Made by a program: the position numbers and the translations under genes
Notes under the pieces: model-generated
What the model was told of the DNA's origin: nothing
The model's input: the letters and a program-made list of their open reading frames with translations, nothing else
Database searches by the model: none
Assembly: GCA_051294905.1 (NCBI GenBank)
Contig: CM119382.1
Location: forward strand, 11,904,001-11,968,000
Source: Botryllus schlosseri
Lineage: Eukaryota
Length of the DNA: 64,000 nt
Reading direction: 5' to 3'
Shown: one piece after another, positions 48,201 to 60,200 of the stretch
Numbering within the stretch: the first letter of the stretch is position 1
Layout: each line of letters starts with the position of its first letter

Positions 48201-51200
48201 ATTCCCTCGCCGGAAAGACACAGTAAAGCGACACAGCTCATATAGTTACCGGGTAGAAAAGGGGATCTTACTTATACCCGTAATACATTTGCTAGCAAAC
48301 AGTGTGAAACTGATAACTATGGCGTTTATTTTACTTACAAACGGAAGATATTGACCTAAAAATCAAAATTTTGACATATTTGACCTTAAAAAACTTGATT
48401 TTGACAAAATTTAACCTCATGTATGCAAATTAGGTGTTTTCGCACATAATGTTAGAATTGTACTATTTATCATCATTTCTGGTTGGAATCATCTGTCCTT
48501 ACGAAGTAGTTTAGCCTGAAAAAACGTTCTCGACTTCAAAACTGACAAATTTTCGCATGAAAAAACTATATTTTAACGAAATCTGGACCTATGAAGAATT
48601 CGAGTACTAACATCAGGTATTATGGTAGAAATAATTAAAATTCGTTGTAGCACAGCGAAAGATCTTTCCTACATTCTTGAGTAGAAAGTGTCTGTCCTTA
48701 CTAAGTAGCCTGCCAAGAAAGGAGAAAGAACGTTCAACAGCAGCAGTTGTTGGTGTTCCTTCATTCTGACAATGTTGTCTACATTACAATTTTTCGCCAT
48801 GCGCTTCTTGACAAAGAACCAACGCTGTCTTGCTTCAGTTAGGATATTGCGGTACGTTGAGCACAACACCACGCCAACCTATTTGTTTCATTTGACCTCT
48901 CATGATTCACAAGGAGCAGACAGTGGACCGTCTACAACGGTAGGTCTAGTAGGCTACAAGCTGTAAAACGTCAAATGATAAGTTCTCCGACAGTGCAAAC
49001 GTCTACGATGCAACCGAAATGCATGTTTCAAAAAAATGTTGACTTTGTAAACAATGCTGACAATTTTTGAGCTAACGCTACAATTTTGACAAAATTTTGA
49101 CTTATCTTGACCTGTCTATAAAAATGGCCCTACCGAAAACCTTTGTGTATGTGACGTCACTCCAGTTATACCAGTGTGTGTTCGCGACAAATTCGGGCAA
49201 AATCGTGGGCGATTTGACCACGAATCGAGTGTTATTACTATGACAAGTTTTTGCAACTTTTGCAACTTTTTTTACAGCTTCCTGCAGCTTCGTCAATACT
49301 CGGAAGTTATGTAGAATGCTGTTTTAAGCTGTTTGAAGGAATCTTATAGTGCAACTTTTTGCAACTTTTTCGATTTTTTATGAAATTTTTTTCGATTTTT
49401 CATGCAATCAACTTTTTACTAGAAATATTTGGCAGTATATGTAAATAGATCGCTTGATTATGTCACTGTTTTTGAGAATTTTGGTGAAATACACGGCCAA
49501 ATTCGACTGAAATACGCTAAATCAGCACTGAAGTTACGCTCCAACGGATATTTCGGGAGCTGAGCCGGAAAGTGGACCTTTTTTTTAGTCAACCAATGGA
49601 GGATCTGGATGCAAAACTGTATTTCGGGAGTGGAACTGGCAAGTTTTTAGTCAACCGACCAACCGACCAAATTGTGTTCTTTTAGTGCAACTTTTGTGAA
49701 AAATAAATGCAACTTTCCGCGGATTTAACTGCAACAAAACCTTGCCCTAGTCATTACTTATTAGGCTTCGGACCGAGTAGGCCTATCCGAGTATCGTTCA
49801 TGATGACGTCGTCAGATCCCGTGGGAAATTGAAATATTTACCTTATATGTCACAACAAAGAAAATAACGCCGGTCCTACGCTACGTAAAGATGATTTGTA
49901 TTTTTCGACCATATGCCTATTCCATTGCGCTTTGTGACAATGCTGAGGAATAATCACGACTTCATAGAGATGTCATTCTCACAAACTTGAATAGTTATTG
50001 TACCGCCTGCATGTTTTGATGTTGTAACACGACCAAATGAGGTTTGAAGGCGTCCACGTCGAAAAAAGCGTCGAAGTTGATAATTCTAGTTGAAAGAGGC
50101 GTAAAATTTATAAACTCGTAAAAATCGTCTCCCACTATTCGACCAGAATCATTACAACGGACGCTAGATTCGGATTCGAGTCTATAATCCTTGTGCGCAG
50201 ACACATTCGCGACCCGATAAACCAGCTCAGAATTCGCGATCGGCACAAAAGGACTCGCCACGAAAATCGCTCGCAAGATTATTGGCTACGCTCCTATCGC
50301 CGGGATAGTGTGTCGGTTGGTAAGGATGAGTGGATTCTGCGTTATTCGGAAAATATAAATTTTGGTGCATGATAATCAGAACCATTCGTAAATCCGAATT
50401 CGTATAGTCGTACGCTAGTACACGCTGAAATCTATGCGTGTCAGCATATCATAACATATCATATCATAGCACGGAATCAATTAATCGTGAGCAATTAAAA
50501 TATCGCTAGCCTTATTCATAGGTGTATGGGAGCAAAATCTTTTGAGTATGCAAAAAAATAATTTTCGCCCGTATAGACAATGAATCACAAAAGAAATTAT
50601 AATGCACTTATACGTGCCGATGTCGCATTGCGAAAAACGTTTCATATATTCAGGATATAGGCCTACTGAAATACACTGAAAGCAAATATGCCAACACTGA
50701 AACCAAGTCCAAAATTAATCTAGGCTGTTGTTAGGTTTATTAGCAATTTTTATCAGTTCGATACACCACAAAAATTGCGATAAGATGAAAAGATAGGAAC
50801 GTGTCGAAACTACTTGGAGTAGTCTTTGAAATCAGATACCCATCTTGACCTTGGCCAGTGGTTCTCAATTTTTTTACACACGCCCCAATTTATGATACTG
50901 AAAGATTTCGCGCCCTCCCTCCCCCCTCAATGCAGCCAAAATGCTAGCAGTCTCAACGGATAGTTTGATTACATGGAAGGTTATAACTGTTAATGAGAGA
51001 ATTCTCAAATATGAAATTCAGACTATATAAAGGACAAAACTAAAAATTGGAGGTAAATCGCGCGTAGCGCGGAAAAAATTCCAGTTGACCGCGCACCCTT
51101 CAGATGATTTCACGCTCCCAGTTTGCGAACAACTGGCCCAGGCGAAGTAAAGAGGAGGCATGTACACTGAATGAAAAGTAAAACATAGTATAGAAAAAGT

Positions 51201-54200
51201 GACAAAAATGGGGTGGCATGACATGGAAGGCCAAATCGATAGGTCATGCCGTGGTCCGGGACAGACTAGTATTTATATGGTAGAAATTGCTTGTATTTCG
51301 ACTTGAAAGTGGACCCACTGAATTATGAGTGGTATTGCCAATTCAAAAAAAGTATTTGTTTACCAGAACGCACACCATATACATTTATGATATGCTCAAT
51401 ATCAACATTCTTTGTCATTTCTCTTTCAAGTTATAATACCGCCATGTCGGTGAGTCGTGACTGTCCCATAGTTGACAATGACCACGATATTTTACACTGC
51501 GATGCGAATAAAGTCAGCAAATTGAAAAGATATCACAGAGCTATGGCGCGAGCGGCCAGTGCACGCTGGGTTCACGACACCTTAAAAACAAACACACAGT
51601 GTGCGATGAACCAAAGCGGCAATAATACCCGTGATATCAGATTGCCTTTTCATGTTTAAGATATGACTTTAAATATGATTTCATTTTTATTCTATGCAGG
51701 AATTATTTCTTGTATACGTCTGTCTGTCTCTGTTAGTCCTATTGATATCCGGATACTCTGAATATGTTAACCTATGACCTCAATGTTTTGTTTCAACCCA
51801 GTGACCATGACAACAATTGACAAGGGTTCATGTTCAGCGTCTAGCTTGTCGTTTTGTTGTTGGCGATGGCCAATGATAGTTGATAAACAATAAGAAATTT
51901 AGCAAGTTACAAATCTAGCTAATCAATGAGTTGAATTACTTTAGATTTTTAAACTTATTGCTTAGCAAGAAAATGTGGGTACCGTCATTGTTTCGCTGGA
52001 AAATGTAGACTAAGTACCGTAATAACTATAGGTATGGACTGGGCAAAAATCCGAGTGATTCGTTTCCCGATGAGTTTTCGGTTTCAAGCCGAGTACAAAT
52101 CATTAGAATTTCATAACAGTTCAAATATGAATATTTTATGCCATAGAAAAAGAAGAGGCGGAAATATTTGCCGTTAACCTATGTCGAACGGATGGCAACT
52201 TTAAAACGTGGAAGAAGCGGAAAATGTAGACTTTATGGCCTTTAGAGATGATGGTGAATTTGGTACAGATAACCCATCGATGACCTAGCGGACATTAATC
52301 CGGTCAAAATATGCCGAAACCGGGATCTAAATAAGTGGAAAATATTTCTAAGAGCGGAAAAGCCAACCATGCAAGTTCCAGGCTGATTTGGCGGAAGATT
52401 GCCACCGCCCATCGATGATATATCGTACAGCGATACACTCATAATATGCGGAAACCAGGATCTAAATATGTGGAAATATTTCTAAAGAGCAGAAAAGTCA
52501 ACTATTCGTGTTCCGGATTAATCTGGAGAAAGATGCCCAATGTCCATCCATGACACAACCGACAGTGACGCGGTCGTAATATGCTGAAACCAGCATCTGA
52601 ATATGTGGAAAGATTTCTAAAGAGCAGAAAAGCCAACCATGCGTGTTCCAGGCTAATTTGGAGGAAGATTGCCTAATGACGATCGATGACATAGACATAG
52701 CGGACGTACGTCGTACAGTCATAATATGCTGGAACCGGAATCTAAATAAGCCGATAATGGAGACTCTGTTCTGAGATTCTCTATTCGTGAGCTTGTCATG
52801 GTGTCGCTAACTCCATAAGAATCTCATGTCATCGAGTTGATAACTTATACTGCAATGAATGTAGTCTTCAAAGAAATATACCCATTACTATAAATAACCG
52901 GTGCTCTGTGTATGTTGTATGCACGCGCATACGCCGCATCATACTCCCATACGCTGGTGGCCTTATTTGATGTTGACGAAAATGATTACCGTGATGTTAC
53001 ATGAACTAACGACGGGGGACTTGAAAACATACCTTCGAAAACGAATCGACCTTATATTCTTAGGCGCATAGTATATCGTGAAATACCGATAATTAGATAA
53101 GTAAATACGACCGCCACCTTTGCACAAACATGCAATAATGTGTCATTCATTGAACAAAGAGAGACAGCCTGAATTTAGTAAAGTGTAATTCTCAGCGCGG
53201 CGGTTCCCAAACTGCGCCAGTGGTACGCGAGTAACTATAACCTGCAAATTTTGGAACTGAAAAGCGTTTTATATATTAAGTAAATCTCAGCATATTGAAA
53301 ATGTCATGGTAACACCGCATTATCCAAAGCCGGTTTACGCTGACAGCGTACCGCATGACAATGTACGAGTCACCATCAAAGATACCGCTTCCGATTCAAT
53401 CCCATGCTAATCGGCTTGAATGACAAGTCATACTGTGCCACTTTTGTATTCATTTGTATTATTTTTGTTGGCATTGCGTCTGTAGTTCCGGTGGACTCAA
53501 TAGTCTATGTCTATTTTTCAAATGTTGAGATCCATTTTTTCAAAATTATGGAAAAAATTGCCAGATTTTATCCAAATTTATGTTGATCACATTGTTTCAA
53601 AGTTACCTGTAACCATGGCGAAGATATGGTCGAACGCAAGCTTAACATAAGCTCATTTTCTCAAAATGCGTAAATGTTCATAATCTACTAAGAATTCACA
53701 GCGGCGATATATATACGGAACATGATTTGTTCCGCGAGATATATATGATTATATTCAGTAATCTCAAATTAAATGACGATTTGTACCTCAAAATGTTGAA
53801 TTCTTTCATCTCCGGTAAATGCCCATCGCACAGCCAAATACTACGAAATCGTCTCAAGTCCGTATGTTTCGAGATACTCAAACATATGGTTATCTGGCGA
53901 TCGGGACGAAATAGATGACTCGCGCAACACCCATTGTTACGTATCTGCGAAGACGGCGCCAGCCTAACTGGCCTTTATCAGCGACAAAACCATAATTGCG
54001 TCGCAATCGCGAAACTAAATCGTCGCTGAATCAACACGCGATTTCACAGCGAAGCGAGCCTACATCTAGCAAAGATTACCGGATAACAACACAAATGTCG
54101 ATGCTATGGAAAACCGGACTTGAAGAAAGATTTTGGGCGCGCCGCAAAATTTTGAGGGCGGAGATCACAAAGTTGGATTGATTTTGAACTCGATCATCGC

Positions 54201-57200
54201 GTTCACTAGGATTCAACAACCCAGGATTGAGGAAATCGGATGATCACAGCGCATAAAGTTGGAGTTGAAGTTTATCATGATTTAGCAAACCGAACCAACT
54301 GTACAATGCACTGCGTAAAATTCCTATGCGGAAGTATTTCCAATAATGACCGTGACGATTGTCACCATTGCAGGATGATATAGGCCTATCTATCAATATT
54401 GTATAATCCGCTTCTTCGCTGTACTGTACTGATTACGCACGACTTTCATTTCGCGATGATGATAATTTTACCTGTTATGGTTGTGTTGTATCTTTATCAG
54501 CAGGCTGCCGTTTCATTCAACAACCTGCCGACAGACAGCCAACAACGCGTTTTCGCATTATGATGCAACAGGTGACACCACTTGATTGAAAACTCGGGAC
54601 ACCTCGAGTATTCATCGCGATATAACTTTATGTGTCGCGATTAGCAGTTTATAATCACACGATTAGCATTCTTCCGTATCAGCTAACTTTATGATCTCCG
54701 CCCTTACTTTAGACTTTGAATTTTGTAAAGCAATAAGCAGTTTTGGATAAGGTTACATAACTTTCATAAGCGAAATGGCCACGACAGCTGGACCACGGAG
54801 CCACTGTACCGCGGTAACCGAATATATTTTCGCAAATATCACCTATTTGCAGTGCCATTGGTCGTTTTGCGTTAGCCGCAAAGATGCGTCTAGAAATTTC
54901 GATCAACTGCTAGAAGTACGACGACCAAATTTACTTTTTGAAACTATTTACTTGTAAAGTTTTGCCATTCTACTTGTAATTGAGCAGAAAATTTCGGCGT
55001 TACTTCAATTTCTACTTGAGTAGCGACGCTCACTGACTTTGACCGCCTCTGGAAAAGAGCAAAATCCAAACTCGGTTAATCCAAGTGTAAAAATCCATTG
55101 CTACGCACGTAGGCATGTCCTGGTTCGAACCTACCTTTTACGCTTGCAAATGGTATCAGAAATCCGTTGCCATAATAACGAATGTTAATGCGGCATTCGG
55201 TCAAATTTTAGTCACTGCCGGATTCGGACACGGTAGCATCGAAATTCCGGTGTTGGATCAAGATTCTATTCCGAAACCCGGAGCTGGAATCGCATTTCGA
55301 AAATATGATACCGGTTTAATTAAGCGTATGTGGCAGAATCGTGGTAATAAATGTGGGAAACCAATAACTTAATGTATCTGGAATTTAAAATGAGAAAAGC
55401 AGGATAATTTACATTATGCAGCAGCCTTGATCAGGACCAAACCAAGAAGAATACAATCATCAATCACACAGCCGGGTTATTAAAACACTTTGTCTGGCGA
55501 CAATAGACAGAAATACGTTAATTGCGCCGTGAATCCTACGCCCACACGCGATCAAGGAGGCAATATCACCCAAAACTAGGCAGAAGTTCAGCTCTCGCGA
55601 TATAAATTCGACTATTCCGGAATTCGAAAAATTCGCGCGTATGCGGAAATGAACTTCAAATCGGCGCGGTAATCAAGGTTTAATACACGACGCGTTGCCA
55701 ATTTCAGGCTCGTAATGGGCGAGACGCCGAGAATAGAACCGCGATTACGATTTTAATTGAAGACGGGCGGTTTTTTCTTTCGACGTCTGCGGCATCGTCT
55801 CCCGCGCGAACGATGCTACGTCACAGAGGAAATCCCGCGGGGTCTACGATTTTCCGCGTTGCTATCGTTCGAAAATAAGTATATACTAACTCCCGGCCTA
55901 CAGTGATCTACTACTGTCTACTGTCATAAATATTATTATTATAATAATAGTTAGTTGGCGGTTCTCCTTTTATACCACTCAAGACAGTCGGCTCATGTAC
56001 ACATTGTACACTTGTACTTAGTTGTACAATGTACAGGATACAAGAAACGATGCCCAAAACGTCATTGGTGTTACTAACGAAAGAGTGGTGCGGTAAAAGT
56101 CTACCCGACACGAGACAAGAAATTTATTTTCAAGTACACAATTAACTCCCGAAAGTAGATTGAGGCTGATATTTGTCAGGAGGGGCAAAGGCACTCTCGG
56201 TACGAGTTTGACGTCATACACATTCGTTACGTCACACAACAGCGTTACTACCCGCTTTGTTGCGAAAAGAACGCCGAAGCCTTGAACTAAGGAAGCATTT
56301 TCACGGAAGCCAGAACTAAAATCCTGGGGGACGGATAAAAACATTCCGGCAAACACGTGACTTAGTCATGAATATACCGCCCGAATGACGTGACAAAGAC
56401 CACCATTTGGGAATCGACGAGACGCGATTCTTGTGATGGTAGGAACTGTGAACAGTACAATAAAAACTTTATTTCAATTTCACTTGCATAGTGATCAAAT
56501 TGTGATTTGCATATATGCACAGAAAATCGCTGCACACGACATTGGACTCAATTTCTACAGTAGAAACCGTGCGATCCTAAATTGAAATTTCGACCATTTT
56601 TGGAAATAATATTAATCACGGTGTCAAATTTCGTACAATATTTGCGGTTGTGAGGGTTTTAGTAGTTGAGTATATCCCAAAAGTATTTTATAGGCATCCA
56701 AAATTGCGCAAGTAGGTATGTGTTCCAGCGCTTTAATCTACTAAGTGTGAGTAAGCCTTTGATTTGCTACAGTAGGTACAGCGAGTGCGCAATCCTCCTG
56801 TGTACGCAATGTCAGAACCAATAATTGTCCGAGTAATCCCACGGGGCCGTCTACAAGACAGTCTTACGTTACACAACGGTTTAAAAATGCTTCCGCCAGT
56901 TCAACGGTCGGTTCCTTTCGTCAATATCGAGCATGTCGGCGTAACTGAAATATTAAAATCGATGCCCGCACTCATAAGAAAAGATAACTGATTCTCCAGT
57001 GGAAAATTTGTGGTAAATGATTTGAAGACTTTGAAGGAAGTTAGGTAGTCCATGGGTAGTCTTAAAAATCAACACTGACATAATACGATTGAGATATTAT
57101 CAAACAATGTATATATCATTGCATAAATCGACCGATGATACATTTAAAAAAAATAGCTACTTAATTACCTCTTGTCGTCATACAAATACTAACACTGTTG

Positions 57201-60200
57201 GTGTTGCCCTACCTCGCCCAGACCCTCTTACTTTTTTTTAAATTTCTTTTTCAACTAGTCTTTGTTACAGCCAGATTGTGTAGAGACAAGTGTGCCTGTT
57301 TGATGCGGGTGTGATCAGACTAGTTGACCGCCAAGGTCGTATCGATCGTTCTTATCCGATACCGAATACTGTGCATACTTATTTTCTGCACCAACATTAT
57401 TGCCGTCTGTTTGTTATGTATTTCGGCTGGGAACAACGCCGCATCACATACATGTGGAGGTGCACGCTGTGCAGTGTGCATGCACAAATTGTACATTGCA
57501 CATAAATCGATCTTATTTTGGCTAATCCGAACGAGAAAAAGACCCTAACATGTCATGTTTCACGTGACCCGCGACCGCGTGCGAACAGGTCGCCTCTACG
57601 TGGCTGTGCTGAAATATTTTTTGTCCCGATGACATTGCCAACATATCCATCATCTACCGCATAAATTCCAGTGAAGTATTCAATCACACCTGTGTAATAT
57701 TCTTGGGCTTTCCTTTCCTCGTCGCTCAAGCGGATTCGTAGAGAAGACGAGAATTTCGCCGCGCATGCAGCTACTGCACAGTAGAATTAGAACGGGGAGC
57801 TTCTGATGCCTGGAGATTTTCGCGCCATTTTCTGGGGACGCGGGTCAGGTCGCAAACGCGCTCCGAAATACTCACGCAAACGTGTGATTGGTGATCAGGA
57901 TTCCGCAATAATACCCGGCCCGTAAACCGAATCCGGTTGCGTACGGCGGTGGTCCGTAACGAAGCAGCCTACGTCTGCTTAAGCAGGTTTTGACTATATT
58001 TGCACTACTACCTCAGGCGATTACGATTTTAGACTGCTCAGTGCTCACACTTTATCCTTGACACTTTTCACACCAATACTAGTATTGTCACAACGAAAAA
58101 CATAGCCGCAATACTAGAAACCTCCAATAGCAGTATTTCCACGCTGAAAAACATGTTTCACAGGGCGAAAGATTCGTGAAATGGAGATTTCTGTCATTAG
58201 CGATTAACCCTGACAATGGTCACAATTTCTACAAGTTCTACGAATTAGTCGTGGTCCGAAAAGATACGATTTCGTTTTGGATCACGTGTGATAGACATCA
58301 TCTACCTTATAGTCTCAAAAAGATACATGATTGATGTTTTCAAGTCATAATCACTTATAACGTCACAATAACTACTTCTCAAACATTCGACTATAAGCTC
58401 GGCTCGGATTCGAACCACCCAGGTATACTCGATTTTGTCAAGCCCTAATGGAAGTAAGTAGATATTTGCGGTTATGTACAATGCAAGCATTAATCACGCG
58501 CAATAATCACAAGATCTCAATATTTCGCGTCGACGATATTTTGCGGACAGCGAATAGCCGCTAATGCCTCGAGATTAGTGACGTGGCGTCCTTTTCACAT
58601 CAGCGGCGCGGTTCTCCATTATTGATAAATCACCAAGATAATTGATATCCTAATCGTAGAGAAAAACAAAACGGTTTCATGTCATGTCATAGCTGATATT
58701 GACAGAACGTTATACAATAGTTACTTGAGAATCTATGTGCATTGTGCATTAAGTATTACTACTACTACACATGTTCTATAAATATACTGGTAGTTGAAGA
58801 AAATAGAGCTCAAAATTCGGTTGCTTCTTCAGCTACAAGACCAAGGGCCCAACGCGCAAACAGAAACCTACATGTAAACTATGAAAGTAATCGGCTACAT
58901 TGCGTGAGCAAATGTTCGCCCAGCATTTCGAAAGCGGGCACGCGAAAAAGCAAAATAATGCTACGGGGTTCAAGGAAACCACCACCGTATCGCAACACGA
59001 ACATAACGTGCCTTTGTCGGCCATCAAGCGCGGGAATACTGCGTCAAGTACAGGCCTCTTCATATTATTAGCGCGCTTTTGCAAACGCGCAGTGCAATCG
59101 AGTGGATCTGACATTCTCAGATCCAAATCCCGAAATCCGAAATTCACAACATATCACTGCCTGTCCACTGTCCAGTGTCCACTTTCCTGCCGGCGCCCAA
59201 ATACATCACAGTTTTACTCGTTTGCGAAATACAAGAACTTAGACGCTTGTCCATGAATTAGAGAAACGAAACAGTTTTAAATTGAGTTAGAAATTTGGAA
59301 CGTATTTTAGGACGCTTTCTGAAGTAAAACAGAGTTCGTGGTCTGCTTCGGACGTGGTGTACGTCACAATGTTGCAACTGTCGCACCGAAATGTTTAAAA
59401 GAAGCTTACAACTCGTTCGAGATCAGTAAAATGTGAAAGTTTTTAAACAAAACAGCATATTTACCGATATTTGCCAGCATAATAGAGACTATAGGAAACA
59501 GCCAAGTCGCAGTTCTTTCAAAAAAACTAACAAAATTAGCTTTGTGGTTTTAATCTAGGACTTCGCCTCGCGGAAACCTCAATAGAACTATACGCGCAAC
59601 ACATGTAATATGAAATAATCAGCAGTACATTTTTCGGTGAATTAAGTTGTCAATATTCCCTATCGCGTTGCATGCATTACTCGTAATTGCACTTGGAGTT
59701 AAGTTTGACTTTCAAAGGTTCACCAATCCGCGAAATGAGGTTGAAATGAGAATACCCGCACCGTGTGACTCACAACTACGGACGTGACCAGAGAATAAAA
59801 TTCGCCTCCTCACAACTTTTCCTCAAACATTGTTGACGAACTGCCGCCTAATCCAAGATTTCCATTCTGCCTCCGTCCATATCCTTCCAAAACTCCAATT
59901 TCAAGCTCGACACTGGCACAAGGTTAAAATCCGCGGCACCTACGAGCCTAACTCAAGACGACATAGGCTTATTTTAAAACATCGGACCCTACTTCGATAT
60001 GTTGAGCAATCCCGAGAAACCTGTGATGATGACTTACTTCTGGATCTGTTCCGGAAGCCGCGGAATATTTCGAAGGGTGTCGGCGAGGTAGAACGGCTCC
60101 CATTGTCGCTCGGGGTAGTGGCTTTGCTGGAAGAGCAAATGGACTGCGAGGGGCTTCCGCTATCGGTCGACAAACACGAAAAATCCAGCGTCGCCAGCGG

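Larger units (their letters stand above)
1330..56216. promoter_or_regulatory. Dispersed perfect CRE/ATF octamers TGACGTCA (at least 14)
   Basis: Starts at 1330, 6035, 12414, 18819, 21045, 22957, 24379, 26256, 26419, 29812, 34542, 45473, 49152 and 56209. The motifs are observed directly; function is not shown. Confidence 0.4.

Noticed and set aside
58742-59256. Three overlapping 104-118 aa ORFs on both strands
   Set aside because: No recognisable motif; donors do not fit exon 3; probably chance.
60038-60200. Resemblance of RSTSPTPFEIFRGFRNRSR| to the AMPK gamma-2 (PRKAG2) N-terminal extension
   Set aside because: Short, low-complexity similarity; the shared exon at 131-260 gives three ordered MAST-like motifs instead.
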